A stretch of DNA of 64,000 nucleotides from Lachnospiraceae bacterium (GTDB lineage: Bacteria > Bacillota > Clostridia > Lachnospirales > Lachnospiraceae), in the NCBI GenBank assembly GCA_017938485.1, contig JAGBBM010000015.1, forward strand, positions 26,528-90,527, given 5' to 3'. The position numbers and the translations under genes are program-made. The notes below the pieces were generated by a model, which made no database searches, was not told the origin of the DNA, and saw only the letters and a list, made by a program, of their open reading frames with translations. The stretch's first letter is position 1. The number at the start of each line of letters is the position of its first letter. Below are positions 40,129-49,352 of the stretch, piece after piece.

Positions 40129-41193
40129 ATGAAAAAAATTCTAGTTATAGATGACTCTGCACTTATGAGAAGAGCTATATCTGATATAATAGAAAGTACA
40201 AATGAATATTGTGTTGCATATAGCGCTAAAGATGGAGTTGAAGGCTTAGAAATAATTGAGAACAACCACGATATTGCAACGGTTTTTTGTGATATTAATA
40301 TGCCAAGGATGAGTGGTTTGGAATTATTACAGGTTCTGAAAAGGAAAAATATTGATATTCCTATAGTTATATTTAGTTCCAGTGATGATACAGATGACAC
40401 TATTACTGCGTTACAGCTTGGTGCAATTGAGTTTATAAAAAAACCGGAGAGGATATTGGGAAGGTCAAGCGTATATTTTGAAAAAAGAGTTATGAAAGCT
40501 CTGGATATAGCTTCTAATGTTCAAAAGGTGGCTCCGACTATTGATAATAAGAATGAATCCAAAAAAAAGAAGTCGGAAAAAACTAATTCTGAAAAAAAGA
40601 AATCTAAGAAAAAAACTTCAAAACTTATAGCTGTTTGTTGTTCAACAGGTGGTCCTAGAGCACTGCAAAGTGTTTTGCCTTATATACCGGCTAATATTGC
40701 AGCACCTATAGTTTTAGTTCAGCATATGCCAGTTGGTTTTACTGGTACTTTGGCAGAACGACTTAACGAGTTAAGTCAAATAACAGTTAAAGAAGCTGAA
40801 AATTATGAAACATTAAAAAATGGTGTATGTTATATAGCTAAGGGTGGCACACATCTCACAGTAGAAGAAAAAAATGGTGTTCCAAGGATTGTCTTTGATG
40901 ACTCGCCAGCTGTAGTTGGTCTAAAACCATGTGGAAATATTATGTATAACAGCCTGTGTGACCTGTCTTATGACGAAATTGTTTGTGTTATCTTGACAGG
41001 TATGGGAGCGGATGGAACAAAAGGTATCTTAAAGTTATCACAACATAAAGATGTATATGTAATAGCTCAGGATGAGAAATCATCAACGGTATATGGTATG
41101 CCTAAGGCTATATATGAAAGAGGTCTAACAGACTGTGTATGCGACATAAATAGTATTGCAAAAGAAATCACTAAGAAAGTAGGGGTGTTATAA
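40129..41193 (+). CDS. cheB: Chemotaxis methylesterase CheB
   Basis: REC domain (VIDDS, DINMP) plus STGGP, QHMP, LTGMGADG. Confidence 0.96.
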   Translation: MKKILVIDDSALMRRAISDIIESTNEYCVAYSAKDGVEGLEIIENNHDIATVFCDINMPRMSGLELLQVLKRKNIDIPIVIFSSSDDTDDTITALQLGAIEFIKKPERILGRSSVYFEKRVMKALDIASNVQKVAPTIDNKNESKKKKSEKTNSEKKKSKKKTSKLIAVCCSTGGPRALQSVLPYIPANIAAPIVLVQHMPVGFTGTLAERLNELSQITVKEAENYETLKNGVCYIAKGGTHLTVEEKNGVPRIVFDDSPAVVGLKPCGNIMYNSLCDLSYDEIVCVILTGMGADGTKGILKLSQHKDVYVIAQDEKSSTVYGMPKAIYERGLTDCVCDINSIAKEITKKVGVL

Positions 41194-43278
41194 ATGGATT
41201 TAAGTCAATATCTTGAGATTTTTATTGATGAAACAAAAGAACATTTACAGAATCTTAATGACCAGGTTCTTATATTAGAGGCTGAGCCTGAGAATATAGA
41301 CACTGTAAATGAGATTTTCCGTGCAGCTCACTCTTTGAAGGGTATGGCTGGTACTATGGGATACAAGAGAATGCAACGTCTTACCCATGACATGGAAAAT
41401 GTTTTCTCTGAGATTCGTAATGGAAAGCTTAATGTAGATGCTGACATGGTTGATATTGTGTTCAAGTGTCTTGATGCTATTGAAGGTTATCTTTCTAATA
41501 TTATGGAGAGTTCTGATGAGGGAACTGAAGATAATGAGGAGTTAATTGGTCTTCTCAATGCTGCATTAGAGGGTAAGCATGATGAACCAGCACCTCAAGA
41601 AACTGCTGAACCTAAGGTAGATAAGCCGGCCGTTGGTTCAGAAGACAGAAAGAAATATTTATCAATTCCTGTTGCTGATTTTGAGCGAAACGCTATGCTT
41701 GAAGCAAAGACAAATGGTATGCATGTTTATGCGACAACTGTATATATTCAGGAGTCATGTCTTCTTAAAGCAGCTAGAGCATTTCTTGTTTTTAAAGGAT
41801 TGGAGAACAAGGGAGAAATAATAAAGTCAGTTCCTAGTGTACAGGATATTGAAGATGAGAGATTTGATTTTGATTTCTCTATGTTTATTATATCTGAAAA
41901 GAGCTTAGAGGAAGTAAAGAAAGCGATTGAAAGCGTTTCTGAGATTGAGGAAGCTGTTATAGAGGAATTTGAGATTCCAGATACTGCTTCTGACAGTACA
42001 GTTAAGGTTGAAGAAAGTACCGATACAGCTAAGACTGCTGTAAAAGAAGAGAAGGCTGAAAAGAAGGAAGAAAAGAAAACTCAGAGCCAGGCAAAGAGTT
42101 CTAAGCCTGTTGTTAACCGTTCTGTAAGAGTTGATATAGAGAAGCTTGATGATTTGATGAATCTTGTGTCTGAGCTTATCATTGCAAAGAATGGTCTTGT
42201 TTCTGTTTCGGGTGTGAACAATAATCATGAGCAGGGATTCAATGAGCAGATTGAGTACTTAGAGAGAATTACAACTAATCTTCATGAGTCAGTTATGAAG
42301 GTTCGAATGGTGCCAATCGAGAGTGTTGTTAACAGATTCCCTCGTATGATTAGAGATCTTTCTAAGAAGCTTAACAAAGAGATGGAGCTTATTATGACTG
42401 GTGAGGATACTGAGCTTGATAGAACAGTTATTGATGAAATCGGTGATCCACTTATGCATATGCTTCGTAACTCTGCGGATCATGGTCTTGAACCAACTAT
42501 TGATAGACTTAAGATTGGTAAGCCAAAGGTAGGTACAATTAGACTTGACGCTTATCAGGATGGTAATAACGTTACTATTGAAGTTTCAGATGATGGTGCG
42601 GGTATAGATGTAGAAAAGATTAAGAGAAAGGCAATTGAAAAGGGTACTATTACAGAGGAACAGGCTGAGTATATGTCTGATAAGGAAGCTGTAGACCTCT
42701 TGTTTATGCCAGCATTTTCAACAGCAGAGAAGATTTCTGATGTATCAGGTAGAGGTGTTGGTCTTGATGTAGTTAAGAACAAGATTGAAGGCCTTGGCGG
42801 TGATGTTGAAGTTATAACTAAGCTTGGTGAAGGTACTACATTTATTGTAAGACTTCCTCTTACGCTTGCAATTATTCAGGCACTTATGGTAGATGTGTCT
42901 GGCGAGAAATATGCATTGCCACTTAATTCAGTTGTTACTATTGAAGAGATAGTTCCAGATGATATTAAGTACGTACATACTAAAGAAGTAATTAACCTTA
43001 GAGGAACAGTTATACCTATAGTTAGACTTAACGAAGTACTTGATGTTGAGCCTGTTGTTGATGAGGATAATACTTTTGAAGATGAAGGCTTAATAGTTGT
43101 TATTGTTAAGAAGGGTGACAAGCAAGCAGGTCTTGTTATAGACAAGCTTTTAGGTCAGCAGGAAATTGTTATTAAACCTCTTGGCAAATATATTAAGGCA
43201 CCAAAGCTTATCAGTGGAGCAACTATTCTTGGTAATGGTGAAGTTGCACTTATTATTGATTCAAATACATTAATATAA
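41194..43278 (+). CDS. cheA: Chemotaxis histidine kinase CheA
   Basis: IFRAAHSLKG, HMLRNSADHG, DDGAG, SGRGVGLDVV, C-terminal CheW-like domain. Confidence 0.97.
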   Translation: MDLSQYLEIFIDETKEHLQNLNDQVLILEAEPENIDTVNEIFRAAHSLKGMAGTMGYKRMQRLTHDMENVFSEIRNGKLNVDADMVDIVFKCLDAIEGYLSNIMESSDEGTEDNEELIGLLNAALEGKHDEPAPQETAEPKVDKPAVGSEDRKKYLSIPVADFERNAMLEAKTNGMHVYATTVYIQESCLLKAARAFLVFKGLENKGEIIKSVPSVQDIEDERFDFDFSMFIISEKSLEEVKKAIESVSEIEEAVIEEFEIPDTASDSTVKVEESTDTAKTAVKEEKAEKKEEKKTQSQAKSSKPVVNRSVRVDIEKLDDLMNLVSELIIAKNGLVSVSGVNNNHEQGFNEQIEYLERITTNLHESVMKVRMVPIESVVNRFPRMIRDLSKKLNKEMELIMTGEDTELDRTVIDEIGDPLMHMLRNSADHGLEPTIDRLKIGKPKVGTIRLDAYQDGNNVTIEVSDDGAGIDVEKIKRKAIEKGTITEEQAEYMSDKEAVDLLFMPAFSTAEKISDVSGRGVGLDVVKNKIEGLGGDVEVITKLGEGTTFIVRLPLTLAIIQALMVDVSGEKYALPLNSVVTIEEIVPDDIKYVHTKEVINLRGTVIPIVRLNEVLDVEPVVDEDNTFEDEGLIVVIVKKGDKQAGLVIDKLLGQQEIVIKPLGKYIKAPKLISGATILGNGEVALIIDSNTLI

Positions 43279-43293
43279 TGGAGGTGTGAAGGA

Positions 43294-43749
43294 ATGGATA
43301 CAAATGTAGCAGTTAATGATTCAAAGCAGTACATAATTTTAAGATTTGACAGCGAGCAGTACGGTATTGATATATCTTATATTGATAATATCGTTAGATT
43401 ACAGCCTATCACTAGAGTTCCTCACACTCAGCCATATTTTCTTGGTATAATCAACCTTCGTGGTGAGATTGTGCCTGTTATGAGTATGAGAAGAAAGTTT
43501 GAACTTCCTGAGAAGGATAATACTAATCTTTCAAGAATTCTTATAATTAAATTTGAGGGCAATGCAAAGATTGGTATGCTTGTTGATGAGGTTAGAGAAG
43601 TTGTTACTTTATCTGAAGATCAGATAGAGAAAATGTCCTCAGATTCCAGTGATTTTAGAGCATATTTAACTGGTGTAGGAAAGTATAACGACACACTTAT
43701 TTCTCTTATTAATATTGGTGGCGTTATTGCTGATATTGATAATGATTAA
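43294..43749 (+). CDS. cheW: Chemotaxis coupling protein CheW
   Basis: ITRVPHT..LGIINLRGEIVPV..GMLVDEVREV. Confidence 0.95.
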   Translation: MDTNVAVNDSKQYIILRFDSEQYGIDISYIDNIVRLQPITRVPHTQPYFLGIINLRGEIVPVMSMRRKFELPEKDNTNLSRILIIKFEGNAKIGMLVDEVREVVTLSEDQIEKMSSDSSDFRAYLTGVGKYNDTLISLINIGGVIADIDND

Positions 43750-43766
43750 TTAAAGGGGTGAGACAT

Positions 43767-44384
43767 ATGAGCGATAAGATTGCGTTATCTGAAAATGTAA
43801 CTAATGCACTTGGTGAGTTGGGTAATATTGGAGCTGGAAATGCAGCTACATCTTTGTCAGTTATACTCAAGTCTAAACTTACTATGTCTCCACCACATGT
43901 TGCAATACATGATTTTAATTCCCTTGAGAATATTTTAGGTGGCCCTGATGTTACAGTTGTGGGAGTTCTTAGTACTATTGAGGGTGATATGCAGGCCATG
44001 ATTTTATTTGTGGTAGGCATAGAAGATGCCAAGAATATGATTAAGGCATTGCTTGATTATGATATTGACTGGCAGTCAGAGATGGGTATGTCAGCAGTAA
44101 AAGAGATAGGAAATATAATAATAGGTTCTTATGTAGCGTCTTTAGAAACCTTATCCGGCATGAAGATAAGATATTCTCAGCCAGAAAGCTGTGTAGATAT
44201 GGCAGGAGCTATACTTAGTGTACCATGCATAGAGTTTGGCAAGATAAGTGACAAGGCTCTTCTTATCAATTCACATTTTAAGGCTGGAGAACAGGAAATT
44301 AACGGTTATATAATGATGGTTTCTGAGATACATTCATTTAATCTGCTTTTAAACAAGCTAGGAATTGGAGGCATAGATGAGTGA
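43767..44384 (+). CDS. cheC: Chemotaxis phosphatase CheC
   Basis: ELGNIGAGNAATSLS and SAVKEIGNII (two ExxN motifs), DMAGAILS. Confidence 0.93.
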   Translation: MSDKIALSENVTNALGELGNIGAGNAATSLSVILKSKLTMSPPHVAIHDFNSLENILGGPDVTVVGVLSTIEGDMQAMILFVVGIEDAKNMIKALLDYDIDWQSEMGMSAVKEIGNIIIGSYVASLETLSGMKIRYSQPESCVDMAGAILSVPCIEFGKISDKALLINSHFKAGEQEINGYIMMVSEIHSFNLLLNKLGIGGIDE

Positions 44385-44865
44385 TACTATCAGAGTGGGC
44401 ATAGCTGATATGAACATTTGCCAGTCACCTGATAAGATTACTACCATTGGTCTTGGTTCCTGTATAGGAGCAGTTCTTTATGATAGCAATACAAGGATAG
44501 CCGGTCTTGTTCATATTATGTTGCCTGACAGCACAAAAATCAAAAACAATCAAAATAAAATGAAATTTGCTGATTCAGGTATAGAAGCCTTGGTGAGTGA
44601 GCTTGAAAAGAAGGGAATAAATAAAAAAACTTTAAAAGCAAAAATTGCCGGGGGCGCAAAAATGTTTAACTTTTCTTCTGATAAAACAGACCTTGGAAGT
44701 ATAGGAGAAAAAAACATAATAGCTGTAAAGAGTAAGCTAAAAGAGCTTGGGATAAAGGTTGTATCTGAAGACGTGGGTCTTAGTTATGGTAGAACTATAA
44801 TATTTGACCCTGATACAGAGGAGCTTACGGTTATTAAAGCTGGTAAACAGAAGAATATTATATAG
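44377..44865 (+). CDS. cheD: Chemoreceptor glutamine deamidase CheD
   Basis: TIGLGSCIG, GLVHIMLP, AKIAGGAKMF, EDVG..GRT. Confidence 0.95.
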   Translation: MSDTIRVGIADMNICQSPDKITTIGLGSCIGAVLYDSNTRIAGLVHIMLPDSTKIKNNQNKMKFADSGIEALVSELEKKGINKKTLKAKIAGGAKMFNFSSDKTDLGSIGEKNIIAVKSKLKELGIKVVSEDVGLSYGRTIIFDPDTEELTVIKAGKQKNII

Positions 44866-44883
44866 CATTAGAGGTGTAATACA

Positions 44884-45162
44884 TTGGATTACTATGACAA
44901 GTTGAGAAATGCAAGAGCATTTATTGTATTGTTAGCAGCATTGATAACATTGGTGTTAAATTTAAAATACAAGAGAGAGTTACTAGATTCTCTTATTATA
45001 ATACTTATTGTAATTATTATATTCTTTGTGATTTCCACTGTAGCGTTAAAGCTTATTGATAAGATATTACATATGGAAGTTAACAAGGAAGAAGTTGGGG
45101 AAGAAGAAACTGAGGGAGACGAAGAATCGGAAGAAAGCGAAGAAACTACTGAAACTGAGTAG
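44884..45162 (+). CDS. Hypothetical two-TM protein with acidic tail
   Basis: GAGGTG RBS, TTG start, two hydrophobic segments; between cheD and fliA. Confidence 0.65.
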   Translation: MDYYDKLRNARAFIVLLAALITLVLNLKYKRELLDSLIIILIVIIIFFVISTVALKLIDKILHMEVNKEEVGEEETEGDEESEESEETTETE

Positions 45163-45192
45163 AATTAAGCTTAAATGAGGTGTTGCGATTAT

Positions 45193-45960
45193 ATGGGCGT
45201 ATTAGACAACAAAGAACGACTCTGGATTGAATACAGTCATTCAAAAACCAGTGCCATTAGAGAACAAATTATAATTGAATACGTACCTTTGGTAAAGTTA
45301 GTTGCAGGTAGATTAAGTATATATCTTGGTTCTAATGTAGAATACGATGATTTGGTTGGTTATGGTATTTTTGGACTTATTGATGCTATAGATAAGTTTG
45401 ATTATGGCAAGGGCAATAAGTTTGAAACCTATGCAAGTCTAAGAATTAGAGGTTCTATATTAGATCAGATTAGAAAGATGGATTGGATTCCTCGTTCTGT
45501 CAGACAAAAACAAAAATCTATAGATGCAGCTATCAAAAAGTTGGAGCTTGAAAAAGGGACAAGTTACACAGATGAGGACATCGCAAGAGAGCTGGGGATA
45601 TCAGAAGATGAGTATATGAATTGGCTTACCCAGACTAATGTGGGTAATGTTTCATCTCTAGAAGATTTTATTGAGCAAGGTAACGAGGTGAAAAATTCTG
45701 CTAATCCATCATATATGAGGATAGAACCAGAAACTGTTGTTGAGGAAAAGGAATTAAAAGAATCCCTTGTTGAGGCAATGAATTCGCTTACTGAAAAGGA
45801 ACGAATGGTTGTAGTGTTATATTATTATGAGGAGCTTACTTTGAAGGAGATTAGTCGTGTTATGGATGTTTCTGAATCACGAGTATCTCAATTGCATTCA
45901 AAGGCACTTAAAAAGATGAAAACATTTTTAGGTGAGGGCTTTTCACTTCTTATGGGGTAA
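45193..45960 (+). CDS. fliA: FliA/SigD (sigma28) RNA polymerase sigma factor
   Basis: DDLVGYGIFGLIDAIDKFD, FETYASLRIRGSILD..DWIPRSVR, LTLKEIS..VSESRVSQLHSKA. Confidence 0.95.
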   Translation: MGVLDNKERLWIEYSHSKTSAIREQIIIEYVPLVKLVAGRLSIYLGSNVEYDDLVGYGIFGLIDAIDKFDYGKGNKFETYASLRIRGSILDQIRKMDWIPRSVRQKQKSIDAAIKKLELEKGTSYTDEDIARELGISEDEYMNWLTQTNVGNVSSLEDFIEQGNEVKNSANPSYMRIEPETVVEEKELKESLVEAMNSLTEKERMVVVLYYYEELTLKEISRVMDVSESRVSQLHSKALKKMKTFLGEGFSLLMG

Positions 45961-45977
45961 AAGGAGTGTATTGGTAG

Positions 45978-47582
45978 ATGAAGTATAAAAATTCTTTTTT
46001 TAGATTGGATATAAGGCAAGATGGAACCTATCTGATTGTTTATCCAGCTATAAGCGATGGAAAACCGTTGGAAATTAATGAGGTTCTTGGCTTTTTAGAC
46101 AGTCATGCCTGTACCGACTATTCAAAAAAAGATTTGAAAGATTTAATAGATGGTATGGGACAATCCGCAGAAGAAATGAAGGTATGTAATGTGCCTATAC
46201 CAGCTTTCAACGAAAGCGCAAAAGTATATATATCACCTGACAAAATGGTGGCGTATATGAGATTTTACCCACCATCTACTGGTGGAAAATTGATGACTAA
46301 GAAGGAAATTCTTACAGAACTTGAACCACATAATATTAGCTATGGAATTTCCGAAAAAGTAATTGATGTTTTTTTGATGGCCAGACAGTATTGTCTCAAC
46401 ATTCCTATTGCTAAGGGACAAAAACCTGTACTTGCGCAGGATACAGTTATAGAATATTGCTTTAACACAAAGCCACTTTCTAAACCTAAGATGTTAGAAG
46501 ATGGAAGTGTTGATTTTCATGAGCTTAATTTGTTTACAAATATAAGCAAAGGTCAGGTATTGGCAAAGCTTATACCTCATACTATGGGTGAGCCAGGACG
46601 TAATATATTAGGAGAAGAGATACAACCTAATAAACCAAAGGTTAGAGCCTTAAAATATGGAAGAAACATATCTATTTCTGAGGATAAGACGGTTATTACA
46701 AGTAATGTAGATGGAAATGTAACACTTACTGATGATACGGTTTTCGTATCAGACACTTATAATGTTGCCGCAGATGTTGATGCATCTACAGGTGATATAA
46801 ATTATGATGGTAGTGTTATGATACCTGGTAATGTAAGAACTGGTTTTACCGTTAAGGCAAAAGGTGATATACAGGTTAATGGTGTTGTAGAAGGAGCAAC
46901 TCTTATAGCGGGTGGTAACATCGTTATAAAAAGAGGTGTTCAAGGCTTGGGAAAAGGAACCTTAGAAGCAGGCGGAGATATATGTGCTCAATTCTTTGAA
47001 AGTGCAAATGTGTCTGCTAAAGGTGATGTTATGGCTGGTTCAATACTTCACAGTAACGTTAATTCTGGTGGCAAAATAGTTGTTAGCGGCAGAAAAGGTT
47101 TCATTGTTGGTGGTGAGATAATCTGTCAATCTTATGTTGAGGTTAATAGCATAGGAAACAAGATGGAAACACAAACTATTATAAAGCTTGGCGTAAATCC
47201 TGAGCTCTATGAGGAGATGAAGGTCTTAGTCTCAGAAGCTAGTGAAATTAATGGACAGATTGAAGAGATAGAATCCTACATTAACGTATATAAAACAAAA
47301 GTGAATAATGGTGGTAAATTATCACCAGAAAATATAAAACTCCTCAAAGACTACAATACTAAGCTTGTTCCTTTAAAGGAAGAATATGACAAGCGTAACA
47401 ACAGATTACAGGATATTAAAAAGGCTCTTGAATTTGGTAAAAAAGGTAGTATAAAGGTGTCTGGAAATACTTATAGAGGTGTAACTATGTATATAGCAAG
47501 TGCAATATATATAGTTAAAGATAAAGATGTTCACAGTTGGTATAAAATTGTAGATGGTGATATTAGACCTACAAGTTTTTAA
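45978..47582 (+). CDS. FapA/DUF342 family protein
   Basis: DGSVDFHEL, DVDASTGDINYDGSV..GNV..GFTVKAKGDI beta-helix repeats; follows fliA. Confidence 0.88.
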   Translation: MKYKNSFFRLDIRQDGTYLIVYPAISDGKPLEINEVLGFLDSHACTDYSKKDLKDLIDGMGQSAEEMKVCNVPIPAFNESAKVYISPDKMVAYMRFYPPSTGGKLMTKKEILTELEPHNISYGISEKVIDVFLMARQYCLNIPIAKGQKPVLAQDTVIEYCFNTKPLSKPKMLEDGSVDFHELNLFTNISKGQVLAKLIPHTMGEPGRNILGEEIQPNKPKVRALKYGRNISISEDKTVITSNVDGNVTLTDDTVFVSDTYNVAADVDASTGDINYDGSVMIPGNVRTGFTVKAKGDIQVNGVVEGATLIAGGNIVIKRGVQGLGKGTLEAGGDICAQFFESANVSAKGDVMAGSILHSNVNSGGKIVVSGRKGFIVGGEIICQSYVEVNSIGNKMETQTIIKLGVNPELYEEMKVLVSEASEINGQIEEIESYINVYKTKVNNGGKLSPENIKLLKDYNTKLVPLKEEYDKRNNRLQDIKKALEFGKKGSIKVSGNTYRGVTMYIASAIYIVKDKDVHSWYKIVDGDIRPTSF

Positions 47583-47607
47583 GGGATTGTAGAAAGGATG
47601 AACGCAT

Positions 47608-47913
47608 ATGATACCACCAATTATAGCGGCACAGACGTCTAGTCCTGTGGCAAATGTTCAACAAAATGCAGAGTCTCAAGGTATGTTACACCATCAAGTT
47701 GCACAACATAGAAAACAAGAGAATGAAAGACAGATTAGAGAATCTGTTGTTCAAAAGGAAGAGGCTGTTTTTTATCAGCCAAGATATGATGCCAAAGAAG
47801 AAGGCAAAAACAAGTATGAGAATCTGTATAACAAAAAAAAGAAGAAAAAAGAAGATGCAGATGAAGAAGCACCTAAGCCAGCAGCTAGGGTAAATTTTGA
47901 CATAAAAATATGA
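47608..47913 (+). CDS. Hypothetical low-complexity protein of the flagellar cluster
   Basis: Q/E/K-rich, ends in RVNFDIKI; AAGGA RBS. Confidence 0.7.
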   Translation: MIPPIIAAQTSSPVANVQQNAESQGMLHHQVAQHRKQENERQIRESVVQKEEAVFYQPRYDAKEEGKNKYENLYNKKKKKKEDADEEAPKPAARVNFDIKI

Positions 47914-47935
47914 TTTATTACGATAGGAGAATAAT

Positions 47936-48586
47936 ATGACAGCAACAGTAATTATATTGATTATACTTGGCATTGCTTTTATTTTTGCCAGTTATGCTTT
48001 TGCGGAGAAATTATCAAAAAAGGATGAGGATAGCGAAAGTGTTATTAAGATTCCAACAGAATTAACTGAGGAACAAAAAGCAAAGATAAAAAAACTCATT
48101 GATGACTATATGGATGAAAATGTTGATGGAAAGATGTCTGATATTGAGGCAAAGTTATCTGAGATAGTTAATAATAAAACCTTAGCGCTAGGAGATTATG
48201 CCGTTACTGTAAATGAGGAGATAGAGAGAAATCACAATGAAGTAATGTTCCTTTACAGCATGTTATCAGACAAGCAAAAGGAAATAATGAATACTGCAGT
48301 AGTTGTGGATGAATATCGCAAAGATGTTGAGGCGTTTGTAGAAAAGAATAATCTTACTAATGTACAGATAGAGCATCAAGAGGAACAGATTCTTGAAGAG
48401 GAGATAAATAACATAGAAGAGGAGTCTTCTAGTGATACTGAAGAAACACCTGTTGATAGCAATAAAGATATTATCCTTGAAATGCATAAATCAGGACTCA
48501 GTATATTGGAGATTGCCAAGCATTTAGGTTTAGGTGTAGGCGAAGTTAAGCTAGTTGTAGATTTATATCAAGGAGAGTCAAAATAA
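47936..48586 (+). CDS. TM + coiled-coil + C-terminal HTH protein (SwrB/SweD/DUF2802-like)
   Basis: N-terminal TM; C-terminal ILEMHKSGLSILEIAKHLGLGVGEVKLVVDL. Confidence 0.75.
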   Translation: MTATVIILIILGIAFIFASYAFAEKLSKKDEDSESVIKIPTELTEEQKAKIKKLIDDYMDENVDGKMSDIEAKLSEIVNNKTLALGDYAVTVNEEIERNHNEVMFLYSMLSDKQKEIMNTAVVVDEYRKDVEAFVEKNNLTNVQIEHQEEQILEEEINNIEEESSSDTEETPVDSNKDIILEMHKSGLSILEIAKHLGLGVGEVKLVVDLYQGESK

Positions 48587-49179
48587 TGAAGTTAAAATAT
48601 TTTTTAAGAGGTCTAGGAGCCGGTATTATATTTGGTGCTTTAATTATGTTGGCTGCATATATGACATCGGACGCATATAAGATTTCGGATGAAGAGGTCA
48701 TTGAAAGAGCTGAGGCACTTGGAATGACTATGGAGGATAATTCAATACTCACACCTTCAGATGAAGAAGATAGTGAAGAAGAGATAGCTTCAGAAGATAA
48801 AGTTGAGCCAGAAGTAAAAGAAGATACAGCGACTAAGGATACAACAGAAGATGCAGAATCTGATACCACAGAGGCAACAACAGAAGCTACTACAGAAGCA
48901 ACAACAGAAGAAGCGACTACAGAAGAGGTTACTACTGAAGAAGTTACCGAGGAGGTTATAGCTACAGATAATAAGACTATAACAGTTAGACCAGGTATGA
49001 GTTCCTATGAAGTTTCAATTATACTTAGGGATGCAGGCATTATATCAGATGCAGATGATTTTGATGCATACTTAAATGCAAATGGATATTCAACAAAGAT
49101 TGAAGTTGGTGACTTTTCTTGCAACTCAGATATGAGTTATGAGGAACTGGCAAAAATACTTACAAATACTGTAGAATAA
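48586..49179 (+). CDS. TM + acidic linker + MltG/YceG-N-like domain protein (SweC-like)
   Basis: FLRGLGAGII TM, TTEA/TTEE repeats, ITVRPGMSSYEVSIILRDAGII..F..YL..KIEVGDF..MSYEELAKILT; no catalytic MltG domain. Confidence 0.7.
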   Translation: MKLKYFLRGLGAGIIFGALIMLAAYMTSDAYKISDEEVIERAEALGMTMEDNSILTPSDEEDSEEEIASEDKVEPEVKEDTATKDTTEDAESDTTEATTEATTEATTEEATTEEVTTEEVTEEVIATDNKTITVRPGMSSYEVSIILRDAGIISDADDFDAYLNANGYSTKIEVGDFSCNSDMSYEELAKILTNTVE

Positions 49180-49181
49180 TG

Positions 49182-49211
49182 AAAAAAAGTGCTTGATTGC
49201 ACTTTTTTTTT
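49182..49211 (+). terminator. Terminator at the end of the fla/che cluster
   Basis: AAAAAAAGTGC-TTGATT-GCACTTTTTTTT. Confidence 0.7.
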
Positions 49212-49221
49212 GTGATATAAT
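49193..49221 (+). promoter_or_regulatory. sigmaA promoter of rpsB-tsf
   Basis: TTGATT-N17-TATAAT with a TG extended -10. Confidence 0.75.
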
Positions 49222-49227
49222 CAACTT

Positions 49228-49350
49228 CGTGTGAAAAAACATGTGGAAGAATCAGTAGATTGGTGCCATAAACGCGATGGTTTCTACTCGTTTTTAGTAA
49301 ATAATTATGCTAAGAATTGAATTCCACAGAAGCAAAAACCAGGAGGTATA
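49228..49350 (+). ncRNA. Probable S2 (rpsB) autoregulatory leader
   Basis: About 120-nt 5'UTR with a TGTGGAA...TTCCACA closing stem, GGTGC, and AAAAACCAGGAGG before the SD, resembling Firmicute rpsB leaders. Confidence 0.55.
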
Positions 49351-49352
49351 TT

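Noticed and set aside
19493-47840. A8 homopolymers in fliH (19493), cheB (40561) and the 101-aa gene (47833) as phase-variation tracts
   Set aside because: They are short, encode Lys runs, are expected in an AT-rich genome, and all frames are intact.
15511-49179. Absence of flagellin, fliD, flgK/L, flgM, flgF/G and cheR from the cluster
   Set aside because: These genes normally lie in separate loci in Firmicutes, so their absence here is not evidence of a defective system.
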